NCBI GenBank assembly: GCA_902600475.1
Contig: CACKJM010000003.1
Coordinates: 24,034-88,033 of the forward strand
From: an uncultured Prochlorococcus sp.
GTDB lineage: Bacteria; Cyanobacteriota; Cyanobacteriia; PCC-6307; Cyanobiaceae
Reading direction: 5' to 3'
Length of the DNA: 64,000 bases
The notes under the pieces: model-generated
What the model was told of the DNA's origin: nothing
The model's database searches: none
What the model saw: the letters and a program-made list of their open reading frames with translations, nothing else
Part shown: positions 8,973-19,719 of the stretch, piece by piece
Layout: every line of letters starts with the position of its first letter
How positions within the stretch are numbered: the first letter of the stretch is position 1
Made by a program: the position numbers and the translations under genes

Positions 8973-10955
8973 TTAATCCTTAAAATTATACTTATCAGAA
9001 GTCAATAATTTCCAGTCTCCTTGTCCATTTAATTCTAAAATGTTCTCGTGAAAATCTTTTAAGCTAGGTCTATGTCCAACGCTAATAAGAGAAAGTTCTC
9101 GTTCTTTTAGTAAACTATATAGTTTTTTTTCAGTGTTAATATCTAAAGCACTTGTTGCTTCATCAAGTACTGCAAATCTTGGAGAATTTAGTAAGAGTCT
9201 TGCAAAAGCCAATCTTTGTTGCTCGCCTAGGGAAAGAATTCGTGGCCAATCTTGCTTGATATCAAGATTAGGATAACGATCCACTAAGGTTTTTAAATTT
9301 ACTTCATGTAGTACAGAAGTAAGATGTTCATCACTAAATTTCTTAACTTCTGTGGGATAACATAATTGTTCCCTTAAAGAACCAAGTAGCATATATGGTT
9401 TTTGAGGTATGAATAATAATTCCCCAATTTTTGGTTTTTTAATGACTCCTTGATCGGGTTCCCATAAACCACTAATCATTCTTAGTAAAGATGTTTTCCC
9501 GCACCCAGATGGTCCTACAACCAAAAGTGATTGATTATTATCGATGCTTAAATTTAAATTTTTAATTATTGTTTTATTTGAGCCGGGTGGGCAAAGGTCA
9601 GCATTATTAATAAGAATTGATGGGTAATCTGAAATAACGTTTTGATTGTTTGTTGGGTTGGTTTTACTAATGGATTCAACTTTTGATTGAAATCCTTCTA
9701 ATCTGCCAATCCCAGCAGTAAATTTTGCAAGTTCTTCAATTTGATTAACAATGAAAAATAACGAACCTTCAACCATTCCAAATGCAAAGCTTGCCTGAAT
9801 AAAGCGTCCATAATCAATATCACCTTTAAAGTAAGGTATTGCCATTATTAAATATGGAAAGAAATTTCCAGCATAATTAATGGATCTTCTCATGACGTCT
9901 ATTATTACTCTCCATATGATCAGTAAATTAAAGTTTCTCACAACTTCTCCTAGGCGTCTTTCAGTTTCACTTCGCTCAGGATTCTCCCCAGAGTAAAAGG
10001 CTATTGATTCAGCATTATCTCTAATATGTACTAATCCGTATCGAAAATCTGCTTCATATCTGAGTTGATCAAAGTCAATCTTTACAAGATTTTTTCCAGC
10101 AATTAAAAGTATAGAAGTTGCAAATGCAGCGTAACCAAATAAAGAAAAAGTAAGTGTTGTACTAATACTCCATAAAATAAGAATATTAAGTGAAAATGTT
10201 AGTAGTGCATCAAAAATACCTAATGTGAAAGAGAGACTTTGCCCGGTAAAAGCTCGAGTATCATCTGTGATTCTTTGATCAGGATTATCTACATCGGTTT
10301 GTTCTTCATCATTGGGATTTAACTGGTAATAAGCTTTATTAGTCATATAATCTTTGACTAGACTTTTTGAAAGCCATTCTCTCCAAATTATTCCTAACTT
10401 ATATGTAAAAAATATTTGGGAAACCCGTATTGGTAGAGCCACAGCGAAACAACAAGCGTAAATCCCCAATATCCTATAAAATCCATCTTCTTGTTTTTCT
10501 ACTAAAGCATTTGTTAAATCTCTTGCAATGAATCCAATACCTGCGTTTATTCCGTTTACAGCTAAAAGCATTAATACAATTATCGCAAGGAATAACCAAT
10601 GTAACCATCTACGGTTTTTTAATTGACGTCTTAAGCTAAAAAAGCTTCCTGATCCAATTAGAAATAATGCAGAGAAAACCAATCCCCAACTCCCAGCCCA
10701 AATTGAATTGACAGTACTTACCACACCTCCAAAATACTTTTCAAGAAAAATTGGTTGAAAGCTTTCAAAAAAACTTATTATTCCTGTAAGACCAACAAGT
10801 ACTACTCCTCCAACACAAAATAAAAGAGAAATCAAAAGCCATATGAATTGGAATCCATTGCATTGATCTATGGGAAGAAAAAACGGCTGAGATAGCTTCC
10901 TTAATTTTTGTAATTGGTACAATATTTTGGATTTATTATTAACTGCTTTATTCAT
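8973..10955 (-). CDS. ABC half-transporter, permease + ATPase (ABCD/YddA-like family)
   Basis: DNPDQRI, EADFRYGLVHIRDNAESIAFY, Walker A GPSGCGKT, LSLGEQQR, LDEATSALD. Confidence 0.92.
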   Translation of the reverse strand: MNKAVNNKSKILYQLQKLRKLSQPFFLPIDQCNGFQFIWLLISLLFCVGGVVLVGLTGIISFFESFQPIFLEKYFGGVVSTVNSIWAGSWGLVFSALFLIGSGSFFSLRRQLKNRRWLHWLFLAIIVLMLLAVNGINAGIGFIARDLTNALVEKQEDGFYRILGIYACCFAVALPIRVSQIFFTYKLGIIWREWLSKSLVKDYMTNKAYYQLNPNDEEQTDVDNPDQRITDDTRAFTGQSLSFTLGIFDALLTFSLNILILWSISTTLTFSLFGYAAFATSILLIAGKNLVKIDFDQLRYEADFRYGLVHIRDNAESIAFYSGENPERSETERRLGEVVRNFNLLIIWRVIIDVMRRSINYAGNFFPYLIMAIPYFKGDIDYGRFIQASFAFGMVEGSLFFIVNQIEELAKFTAGIGRLEGFQSKVESISKTNPTNNQNVISDYPSILINNADLCPPGSNKTIIKNLNLSIDNNQSLLVVGPSGCGKTSLLRMISGLWEPDQGVIKKPKIGELLFIPQKPYMLLGSLREQLCYPTEVKKFSDEHLTSVLHEVNLKTLVDRYPNLDIKQDWPRILSLGEQQRLAFARLLLNSPRFAVLDEATSALDINTEKKLYSLLKERELSLISVGHRPSLKDFHENILELNGQGDWKLLTSDKYNFKD

Positions 10956-10997
10956 TACTCGACTAGTGTTATGAAATAAATTATAACTTTTACCAGT

Positions 10998-11276
10998 CTA
11001 TTGACCAAAGCCAATAAATGAAAGTGCCCAGTCAGGTAAATTCAAGTAATTCAAGATTGTTGAATCAAATTCATGAACTTTTGGAAAAGATTTATCTAAT
11101 GCCCACCATAGTAGAAAAGGTAAATTAAATAAAATTTGTAACTGCCATTTATAAGTTAAAACATTCCAAATTTTTATTAACTTAGATTTGAGTGAATCAT
11201 CTAGCTCATCCCAATTTTTTGAAATTAAATTGAATAAATTTTTAGATCCTGTATTAAGGGATTCTGGAGTATTCAT
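10998..11276 (-). CDS. Hypothetical protein
   Basis: ATG-initiated 92-aa Trp-rich ORF filling the gap between co-oriented genes; no family recognised. Confidence 0.7.
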   Translation of the reverse strand: MNTPESLNTGSKNLFNLISKNWDELDDSLKSKLIKIWNVLTYKWQLQILFNLPFLLWWALDKSFPKVHEFDSTILNYLNLPDWALSFIGFGQ

Positions 11277-11322
11277 TTTGTTTTTATTTATTTATAACCC
11301 ATTAATATTTCTTTCGAGAGTT

Positions 11323-11664
11323 TTAACCTGGAGGCCAATTCATTTTTCTTCCAGATAAAAAATGAATATGTAAATGAAAAACTGTTTGTCCAGATTCTGC
11401 TCCAGTGTTAATTACTGTTCTCCAATTAGTTAAATTTTTTGATTTAGCTATTTTGCTACCAACAAAAAGTAAATGCCCTAATAAATTTGCATCTTGCTCA
11501 ATACACTCTAGTAAACTGATTATTGGCTTTTTAGGAATCACCAAAAAATGTACTGGAGCTTGTGCCTGGATATCATTAAACGCAATACACAACTTATCTT
11601 CATAAAGCTTATCGCAGGGTATTTCTTCATTAATGATTTTTTGAAATATTGTCGTTTCAGTCAT
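11323..11664 (-). CDS. Histidine triad (HIT/HinT) nucleotide-binding protein
   Basis: TIFQKII, QAPVHFLVIPK, GQTVFHLHIH, terminal WPPG. Confidence 0.95.
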   Translation of the reverse strand: MTETTIFQKIINEEIPCDKLYEDKLCIAFNDIQAQAPVHFLVIPKKPIISLLECIEQDANLLGHLLFVGSKIAKSKNLTNWRTVINTGAESGQTVFHLHIHFLSGRKMNWPPG

Positions 11665-11668
11665 TAAA

Positions 11669-12274
11669 TTAATTAATTGAGATAACGTCTTTTTCGTTAA
11701 ACCCTTCTTTTAAAAGTTCTTTGTTCAAATCATCTTTTGATGTAACTCTATCTACAAATAATATTCCATTTAAGTGATCCATTTCGTGTTGAATACACCT
11801 CGCTAGAAGTCCATCTGCTTTCATTTTACGTGGTCGTCCCATTTCATCTCTAAATTTTAATTTTATAGTTGATGGTCTAACTACATTCAAATAGACGCCA
11901 GGTATACTCAAGCAGCCTTCTTCGTATGAATTAAGGGTTGTTCCAAAGTCTGTAATTTCTGGATTGATTAATATTAAAGGTTCTGCTGCTGAATCTTCAA
12001 AATTTACATCTATGACAAGAAGCTCTTTGTTGATTCCAATTTGAGGTGCAGCAAGTCCAATTCCTTTAGCTGCATACATGCTTTGAAGCATTTCTCTAGC
12101 AAGTTTTCTAATCGATTCGTCAACTTTAGTTATTCTTTTGGAATTTTGTCTTAATACATCATCACCAAGTTTATAAATGTCTAGAGATGGCTTACCTGGT
12201 TGTTCTTTTGCGATTTTTTCTGCGTTTCCATTTGTTCTTGACTTTTTTGCAAGTTGTGAAAAATGGTTTGCCAC
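11669..12274 (-). CDS. def: Peptide deformylase
   Basis: GIGLAAPQIG, EGCLS, HEMDH. Confidence 0.97.
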   Translation of the reverse strand: MANHFSQLAKKSRTNGNAEKIAKEQPGKPSLDIYKLGDDVLRQNSKRITKVDESIRKLAREMLQSMYAAKGIGLAAPQIGINKELLVIDVNFEDSAAEPLILINPEITDFGTTLNSYEEGCLSIPGVYLNVVRPSTIKLKFRDEMGRPRKMKADGLLARCIQHEMDHLNGILFVDRVTSKDDLNKELLKEGFNEKDVISIN

Positions 12275-12354
12275 GTTAAAAAAAAGGTTTTTACTTAAGA
12301 GTTTAGCTATAAAAATACTAGCACTTTAATTTGCATTCTTTATAGTTTTTTTAA

Positions 12355-14280
12355 ATGAGTAATGATGATCAGTTAAAAGTTAGGCAAACTGTATCTAAAA
12401 AAAAATCTTTTAAGGAATTAACTATTGTTAGGGATATCATTTTTTGGATTGATCTTGTTGGTGAAGGTCAAAATGAAAATGCTATTTTTGCAAGACCATT
12501 TAATGAAAAAGAGGCGTTTCCTCAGAAATTAACAAGTATAAAATATTATATTAAAAATAACTTTCATGGATATGGTGGAAAATCTTATAAATGTATATAT
12601 TTAAAAAATAATTTTTATTTGATATGGATAGATCAGATTACCAACGCAGTATGGTTTCAAATTTTTAAAGAGGTAGCATCAAATTATAGAAGGCAAAAAA
12701 GATATCTCGATTCAGTTCAAGAACCGAGACAACTATCTAAATCAGTTGATGGAAATTTCGATTCTTCATTTGTTATTTCTCAAAAAAATTTTTTGTATGG
12801 TATTTGTGAATTAAATAATAGAGATTACTTATTTTCTTTAAACTTAAAAAAAACTAAACAAGATATTTACCGAATAAAAAAATTTAAAAATTTCGCTGGA
12901 GAATTATCTTCTAATACTTCTGTTAGCTTACTTTCTTGGATCGAGTGGGATTCTCCAAACATGCCCTGGGAGAAAAATGATCTTTGTTTTGCTCAAATTG
13001 ACTTAGATGGAGAGATAAAAAAAATAAAAAAATTCTCAGATAAGCTGATTAATGCCAAAAAAAACGTTTCTTTTTTTCAACCTTATTGGATAAGTGAAAC
13101 TCTTTTAGTATGTTCTGAAGATAGTTCTGGATGGTGGAACTTATTGTTTTTAGATGCTAGTAAAATTGAGAATATTGTGATCAAAAAAAGAGTAGAGAGA
13201 AATTTTGTTGAATATGGAGTACCTCAGTGGGTCTCAGGAATAACATTTTTTTCAGGGGATATAAAAAATTTATTTTGTTTAGCAAAAAAAGAAAATAATT
13301 TAGTAGTTGAACAATATGAAGATCTTCAATTCGTTAAAGAATTTTCTACTCCTTTTACCTCAATAAGCGATTTTAGTGTTTTTGAGAATAAACTAGTTTT
13401 GAAAGGTCATGGATCTGATTTTCTTGGAAATTTACTTGAAATTGATTGTAAAAAGGAATTTCTATCAAGTGTTTTTGAGGAAATAAATGCTGAATATATA
13501 AAAGATTGTTCAAAACCTGAATCTTTTTGGTTTAAAGGTTTTGAAGATAAATTTACTCATTCTTTTTTATATAGGCCGCTTGTTGAAAAATTTAGAAAAC
13601 CTCCGCTTTTTGTAAGAGCTCATAGTGGACCAACTTCATTTTTTGATGGATCATATAATTCTGAAGTTCAATATTGGACGTCGAAGGGTTTTTTTGTTGC
13701 TGAAGTCAATTATGGAGGATCATCAGGATTTGGCAAAGCATATAGAGAGAGGTTGAATTATAAATGGGGTATTGTTGATTCTTATGATTGCAAAGCACTA
13801 GCTCTTGAATTGATTAAATCAAATCAAGTAGATAGTGAAAAAGTGGTAATTTTTGGGAATAGTGCTGGTGGGTTAACTGCCCTGAATTGTTTATTATATG
13901 GGTCTATTTTTACAGCAGCAATTTGTAAATATCCTGTTATTGATTTGAAGGATATGCATTACAACACTCATAGGTTCGAAAAAGATTATTTAAATTCTTT
14001 GGTAGGAAATTATGCAAAAAATAATGATGACTATATAAATAGATCACCGATAAATTATATTAACAAAATAAAAAAACCTATCTTATTGTTTCATGGAAAA
14101 AAAGATATAGTTATTTCTTATAAACAAACGTTAAAAATTCAAGAAATTTTGATTCAGAATAATAAATATTCAGAAGTTGTTTTTTTTGATGATGAAGGGC
14201 ATGGGTTTAGAAATATTGAAAATAAAGAAGTAGTAATGCAAAAATCTCAGGAATTTTTAAAAAATGCTTTGAATATTTAA
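12355..14280 (+). CDS. S9 prolyl oligopeptidase-family peptidase
   Basis: HSGPT, NYGGSSGFG, nucleophile GNSAGG, HGKKD, EGHGF. Confidence 0.92.
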   Translation: MSNDDQLKVRQTVSKKKSFKELTIVRDIIFWIDLVGEGQNENAIFARPFNEKEAFPQKLTSIKYYIKNNFHGYGGKSYKCIYLKNNFYLIWIDQITNAVWFQIFKEVASNYRRQKRYLDSVQEPRQLSKSVDGNFDSSFVISQKNFLYGICELNNRDYLFSLNLKKTKQDIYRIKKFKNFAGELSSNTSVSLLSWIEWDSPNMPWEKNDLCFAQIDLDGEIKKIKKFSDKLINAKKNVSFFQPYWISETLLVCSEDSSGWWNLLFLDASKIENIVIKKRVERNFVEYGVPQWVSGITFFSGDIKNLFCLAKKENNLVVEQYEDLQFVKEFSTPFTSISDFSVFENKLVLKGHGSDFLGNLLEIDCKKEFLSSVFEEINAEYIKDCSKPESFWFKGFEDKFTHSFLYRPLVEKFRKPPLFVRAHSGPTSFFDGSYNSEVQYWTSKGFFVAEVNYGGSSGFGKAYRERLNYKWGIVDSYDCKALALELIKSNQVDSEKVVIFGNSAGGLTALNCLLYGSIFTAAICKYPVIDLKDMHYNTHRFEKDYLNSLVGNYAKNNDDYINRSPINYINKIKKPILLFHGKKDIVISYKQTLKIQEILIQNNKYSEVVFFDDEGHGFRNIENKEVVMQKSQEFLKNALNI

Positions 14281-15530
14281 GAATTGATTTTTAGAAAATC
14301 TATAGTATCTTTTAATTTTTCTATAAAAATATCAATTTCTTCCTTATTGGTTGTGAAATTCATGCTGATTCTAGCTGTTGATTTAATTCCAATGTATCTG
14401 TGAAGAGGTTGACAACAATGGTGACCACTTCTGATGCAAATTCCTTTTGAATCAAGAATTTCAGCAATATCATTAGAATGTATATTTTTTATGTAAAAGG
14501 TGGCAAGCGAGGCTCTGTCTGGATCTATCTCCGGCGATGGACCTATAATTTCAATATTTTCTATTTGATTTAATTTTTCAAATAAATATTTAGTAATAGT
14601 CTTTTCATATTCATGAATTTCATTCAATCCAATATTGTTAATATAATTAATTGCTTCTGCAAGACCTATTGCTTCTGCAATGGCTGGAGTTCCAGCTTCA
14701 AATTTGTGTGGTAGGTCTGCCCAAGTACTTGTCTCTTCGAAAACATCTTGAATCATTTCGCCACCTCCAAAGAGAGGAGGAATTTTTTCTAAGATTTCTT
14801 TTCTTGACCAAAGGAAACCAATACCTGTAGGACCGCATAATTTATGTCCTGATCCAGCTAAAAAATCTATATTAAGATCAATCACATCCAGTTTTTGATG
14901 AGCCAAACTTTGGCATGCATCTATTAACACTAAAGAACCTTTTTGTTTAGCTAATTTAGTTATTTCTTTTATTGGATTACAGCAACCTAGAGTATTACTA
15001 ACATGTACCAGGCTAACAAGTTTAGTTTTAGATGTTAGTTTTGATTTAAAGTCATCTATATCTAATTTCCCATCTTTATCTATACCAATAAATTTTAATT
15101 TGCATTTATTTTTTGCTGCAACCATTTGCCATGGAACAATATTGCTATGATGCTCCATTATTGATAAAAGAATTTCATCGTTTTCTTTTAATGAATATTC
15201 ACCCCATGATCTAGCTACTAGATTGATTGCCTCAGTAGCATTTCTTGTGAAAATAATTTCTTTTGCTGAATTCGCTTTTATATATTTGCTAATTAAATAT
15301 CTTGAATTTTCAAATTCTTCTGTTGCTTTAGCACTTAATTGATGAGCCCCTCTATGAACATTGGCATTAAAGTTTTTGTAATATTCATCAATTTTTTTTA
15401 AGACTTGTATTGGTTTTTGTGTGGTTGCAGCATGGTCTAAATAAATAATTTGCTCATTACTTTTTAAGTTCTTATTTAAAAGAGGAAAGTCTTTCTTCGT
15501 TATTTCAGGAAAATTTTGAATCGTTTCCAT
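14277..15530 (-). CDS. sufS: Cysteine desulfurase SufS
   Basis: YLDHAATTQKP, SGHK PLP lysine, RSGHHC catalytic Cys. Confidence 0.97.
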   Translation of the reverse strand: METIQNFPEITKKDFPLLNKNLKSNEQIIYLDHAATTQKPIQVLKKIDEYYKNFNANVHRGAHQLSAKATEEFENSRYLISKYIKANSAKEIIFTRNATEAINLVARSWGEYSLKENDEILLSIMEHHSNIVPWQMVAAKNKCKLKFIGIDKDGKLDIDDFKSKLTSKTKLVSLVHVSNTLGCCNPIKEITKLAKQKGSLVLIDACQSLAHQKLDVIDLNIDFLAGSGHKLCGPTGIGFLWSRKEILEKIPPLFGGGEMIQDVFEETSTWADLPHKFEAGTPAIAEAIGLAEAINYINNIGLNEIHEYEKTITKYLFEKLNQIENIEIIGPSPEIDPDRASLATFYIKNIHSNDIAEILDSKGICIRSGHHCCQPLHRYIGIKSTARISMNFTTNKEEIDIFIEKLKDTIDFLKINS

Positions 15531-16747
15531 TAATTCTCATTTAAAAGTTTATCAAGCAAATCCCATTTATCTTTTGAAATGGGAATAAATGAAATTATTT
15601 CTTGAAAGAAGGAACTTAATTGTAGTTTACTTGCTTCTGTTAATGTGATCCCTCTTGTTCGCATATAAAATAGTTCTTCTTCATTTAGTTGCGAAATTGT
15701 AGCTCCATGTTTGCATTTGACATCATCAGCAATTATTTCTAATTGAGGTTTGGTATCTATTTGTGCCAGATTTGATAAAAGTAAATTTCTGCTTAATTGG
15801 GAAGCATCAGTTCTTTGGGCAATTTTCGGAACTATTATTGAACCTTCAAATATTGCATGTGATTTATCATCAGCAAGTGATTTATTTATTTGATCTAGAA
15901 ATCCATTTGGGCCATTAAATTCTATTTTTGTATAGGTTGAAATTTGCTCATCTTTCTTTGTTATTTGCATACCTTTGATATTTGTTTTAGCGTTTCCCGC
16001 AGTTTGTTTAATGTTAATTTCAAATCTCGCGTAATTGAATTTGAAATGTAAACTTCCTAAGTTGTATGAACTATTTTTTTGTTGAATTACATTGAGAGAA
16101 TTTAATAGATTAGATCTGTTTTCACCGTATGAAACAACACCATGATTTACGGAACTATTTTCTTTCAAGCAAAAGAAAGTTGATTGAGATAATGAAGAGT
16201 TTTCTTGACCAAGATTGACTTGTAATAATTCAACATTACAATTCTTTTCTAAAAATATTACGAGAGTTTTTGCGTTTAAAGAATTACTTGATGCATGACT
16301 AAAAATTTCTATAGGAGGAATTTTTGATCCATTTATTTTTAATCCTAAAATATTATGTTTACAACTTAAAGATAGATTTAGTAGCTCACTCCAATTTTCG
16401 TTTTGATTAAAAAAAGATATCTGTTCCTTGATATATTTTTGTAATTCATCCTCACTTAATTGCTTTATTGAATAATTTTTCTCTATTAACTTAATTTGGC
16501 AATTCTCACCAATTATTAATCTAATAGTACTTTGAGTATTTTTTGGATATGGTATATCAAATTTTGAATTGTTTTCAATAACTGAGTAATCTAAAAAGTT
16601 TGATAATTTTGATTTACTTGAAAGTCTCCATAGTTCACTTTTAGGATTAGGTAGAGGGCTTGATTGTAATTTATGAAGACAGATTTTTTGTATTTCCGTT
16701 AGGTTATCAGCCGATTTATTTGTTTTTATTTTTTCAATAATTTCCAT
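15530..16747 (-). CDS. sufD: Fe-S assembly protein SufD
   Basis: KPQLEIIADDVKCKHGAT, LFYMRTRGI; lies between sufC and sufS. Confidence 0.95.
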   Translation of the reverse strand: MEIIEKIKTNKSADNLTEIQKICLHKLQSSPLPNPKSELWRLSSKSKLSNFLDYSVIENNSKFDIPYPKNTQSTIRLIIGENCQIKLIEKNYSIKQLSEDELQKYIKEQISFFNQNENWSELLNLSLSCKHNILGLKINGSKIPPIEIFSHASSNSLNAKTLVIFLEKNCNVELLQVNLGQENSSLSQSTFFCLKENSSVNHGVVSYGENRSNLLNSLNVIQQKNSSYNLGSLHFKFNYARFEINIKQTAGNAKTNIKGMQITKKDEQISTYTKIEFNGPNGFLDQINKSLADDKSHAIFEGSIIVPKIAQRTDASQLSRNLLLSNLAQIDTKPQLEIIADDVKCKHGATISQLNEEELFYMRTRGITLTEASKLQLSSFFQEIISFIPISKDKWDLLDKLLNEN

Positions 16748-16751
16748 TTAT

Positions 16752-17537
16752 TTAGGTCTCTTTTATAAAGTTATCAGTCCATTCATACCCTTTTTCCTCA
16801 AGCTCTAGAGCAAGATCACTCTCACCAGTTTTTATGATTTGTCCGTCTGACATAACATGGACATAATTTGGTTTAATTTCATCTAATAATCTTTGATAGT
16901 GGGTAATAAGTATAATTCCAGTTTGTGCATTAGATATTTTTTTAATGCCTGATGCCACTATTCTCAGAGCATCGATATCTAGACCAGAATCAGTCTCATC
17001 TAATATTGCTATCTTGGGCTCAAGTAAAGCCATTTGCAGAATCTCATTTCTTTTTTTTTCACCGCCCGAAAAGCCTTGGTTTACACTCCTTGATAGGAAT
17101 GCATGATCCATTTTCACAATTTCTAACTTTTCTTTAACTAATTCTTCAAAATCAAAAGTATCCAACTCTTCTTTGTTGAGGAATTTCCTTCTAGCATTAG
17201 TTGAAACTCTAAGAAACTCAAGATTACTTACACCTGGAATCTCAATTGGATATTGGAAACCAAGAAAAATTCCTGATTGAGATCTCTCTTCAGGTTCAAG
17301 AGAGTTGATGTTATCACCTAAAAATTTTATGTCGCCATTTGTAATATTATACGAGGGATGTCCTGCAATGATTTTCGAAAGAGTACTTTTGCCACATCCA
17401 TTTCTTCCCATAATGGCATGGATTTCTCCAGGATAGACTGTAAGTGAAACCCCTTTTAAAATTGGAAGATTATCAGTAGATGCAGAGAGATTTTCAACTT
17501 CTAAAATTGGATCTGATTCTTTCATTTTACTTTGCAT
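16752..17537 (-). CDS. sufC: Fe-S assembly ATPase SufC
   Basis: [38 protein letters not shown]. Confidence 0.97.
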   Translation of the reverse strand: MQSKMKESDPILEVENLSASTDNLPILKGVSLTVYPGEIHAIMGRNGCGKSTLSKIIAGHPSYNITNGDIKFLGDNINSLEPEERSQSGIFLGFQYPIEIPGVSNLEFLRVSTNARRKFLNKEELDTFDFEELVKEKLEIVKMDHAFLSRSVNQGFSGGEKKRNEILQMALLEPKIAILDETDSGLDIDALRIVASGIKKISNAQTGIILITHYQRLLDEIKPNYVHVMSDGQIIKTGESDLALELEEKGYEWTDNFIKET

Positions 17538-17558
17538 TTCAGTTTAGAAATTGATTAA

Positions 17559-19001
17559 TTAACCTACTGATCCCTCTAGTTTAAGTGCCAGTAACTTATC
17601 TGCTTCAGCAGCAAATTCCATAGGTAATTGATTAAATACATCTCTGCAAAAACCGCTGACCATCATAGATACGGCCTCCTCAAATTCTATACCTCTGCTC
17701 TGGAGATAAAAAAGTTGGTCTTCTGAGATTCTACATGTGCTTGCTTCATGTTCAATTTCAGAATTGGGTTGTTGAGATTTGATGTAAGGGAATGTATTTG
17801 CAGAAGCTTGATCTCCTATTAACATTGAATCACATTGACTGTAATTTCTTGATCCTGTAGCTTTTGTCCCCATTTTGACAAGACCTCTATAGCTATTTTT
17901 TGAGTTACCTGCACTAATACCCTTGCTAACAATAGTTGATTTAGTCTTAGGACCAATATGGATCATTTTTGTGCCTGTATCTGCTTGCTGAAGATTATTG
18001 GTGAGAGCCACTGAATAAAATTCTCCTACAGATTCTTCCCCTAAAAGAAGACAGCTAGGATATTTCCATGTAATTGCAGATCCTGTTTCAACTTGAGACC
18101 AACTAATTTTACTTCTCTTACCTAAACATTTTCCTCTCTTGGTGACAAAATTAAAAATTCCGCCAATACCTTCTTCATCGCCAGCATACCAATTTTGCAC
18201 TGTTGAATATTTTATTGAGGCGTCGTCTAATGCTATAAGCTCTACAACTGCTGCATGTAGTGTATTTGTATCAAACATTGGAGCTGTACAACCTTCGAGA
18301 TAACTCACAGAACTTGCCTCTTCAGCAATGATTAGTGTTCTTTCGAATTGTCCTGAATCTCCACTATTAATTCTGAAGTAAGAAGATAGATCCATTGGGC
18401 AGGTAACACCTTTTGGTATATAAACAAAAGAACCATCACTAAAAACTGCAGAATTTAGTGCTGCAAAATAATTATCACTAGCTGGAACTACTGTACCTAA
18501 ATATTTTTCAATCAAGTCCGAGTGATTTTTTACTGCTTCACTAATTGAGCAAAATATAACTCCATGTTCAGCAAGTTCTTCTCTAAAAGTTGTGGCTATA
18601 GAAACACTATCAAAGACAGCATCTACTGCTACATTTGTGAGTTTTTTTTGCTCCGTAAGGGGTATTCCTAATTTGTCAAAAGTCTCAAGAAGTTTGGGAT
18701 CAACCTCATCTAAACTAGAAATTTTCTCTTTTTGCTTAGGAGCAGAGTAATAAATTATATCTTGATAATCAATTTGTTTATATCCTAATCCTGCCCAATC
18801 AGGCTCTTCCATTTTTTGCCATTTTTTAAAGGCTTTTAATCTAAAATCTAGAAGATATTTTGGCTCTTCTTTTTTCTGAGAAATTAATCTTATGACGTCT
18901 TCATTTAATCCCTTTGCTATTTTTTCGGTTTCAATATCTGTAACGAAACCATATTTATAAGGCTCTTTTACTACATCTTTAACTAAATTTTCGTTGACCA
19001 T
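17559..19001 (-). CDS. sufB: Fe-S assembly protein SufB
   Basis: [28 protein letters not shown]. Confidence 0.98.
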   Translation of the reverse strand: MVNENLVKDVVKEPYKYGFVTDIETEKIAKGLNEDVIRLISQKKEEPKYLLDFRLKAFKKWQKMEEPDWAGLGYKQIDYQDIIYYSAPKQKEKISSLDEVDPKLLETFDKLGIPLTEQKKLTNVAVDAVFDSVSIATTFREELAEHGVIFCSISEAVKNHSDLIEKYLGTVVPASDNYFAALNSAVFSDGSFVYIPKGVTCPMDLSSYFRINSGDSGQFERTLIIAEEASSVSYLEGCTAPMFDTNTLHAAVVELIALDDASIKYSTVQNWYAGDEEGIGGIFNFVTKRGKCLGKRSKISWSQVETGSAITWKYPSCLLLGEESVGEFYSVALTNNLQQADTGTKMIHIGPKTKSTIVSKGISAGNSKNSYRGLVKMGTKATGSRNYSQCDSMLIGDQASANTFPYIKSQQPNSEIEHEASTCRISEDQLFYLQSRGIEFEEAVSMMVSGFCRDVFNQLPMEFAAEADKLLALKLEGSVG

Positions 19002-19096
19002 GTTATCAAAAATAACTTATTACAATTAGCTTTATATACTTTAACGAAAGATACCCCCAATATTGAGTTTTTTTCCTTTATTAAAACTAAAAATTA

Positions 19097-19450
19097 ATGT
19101 CTAATCATCTTGATCCTTTGTCTAACCCATTAAACATAGCAATTATTCAAGAAATTGATAATCTTGATCTACCCATAATGCAGAAACATCATCTAAGAAT
19201 TCTCGCTCATTGCCTCCAGATTTTAAAAATTATCAATGTAGATAATAGTTTGGAATATCAAAATAAAAATCCCTTGAGAGAATGGTGTGATAACCAATCC
19301 AAAAAATTTGATGATAAAAATTTTAGTGATCTTTTTTATGAGCAGTTAGCATCAACATCTAACAAACTAAGTACTTTTTCAAAAAAGATTGGTAAAAATA
19401 TTAAGGATTTAGAGATAGATGATTTAATACTTCTAGTTGAACAACGCTGA
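19097..19450 (+). CDS. Hypothetical protein divergent from sufB
   Basis: ATG-initiated 117-aa ORF with KHHLRILAHCL motif; no HTH or Fe-S Cys motif, so not SufR. Confidence 0.75.
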   Translation: MSNHLDPLSNPLNIAIIQEIDNLDLPIMQKHHLRILAHCLQILKIINVDNSLEYQNKNPLREWCDNQSKKFDDKNFSDLFYEQLASTSNKLSTFSKKIGKNIKDLEIDDLILLVEQR

Positions 19451-19719
19451 AGTTCCTTTTAATTGATCCCGAAGAAAAAATTTATTTTTGTTGAGTCGTT
19501 AACAAATTTGGGTAATAAAATTTAAAAAAAAAGAAAATTTATTTACATTAGAAAAAAATCTAAAAATTAACCTATCCCTTTAATACCAACTGTTTTGAAG
19601 AGAAATATCAATTTTGAGAATTCTTTAGTAGTCAGAGGATCCTGACGACAGGACAAAAAGACACGCAATTCCCAAAAAAAAAGAACATACTGATCCCAAA
19701 CAAAAACGGAGAATTTAAA

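Noticed and set aside
19097-19450. Possible sufR, by position
   Set aside because: Too short, with no HTH and no Fe-S cysteine motif.
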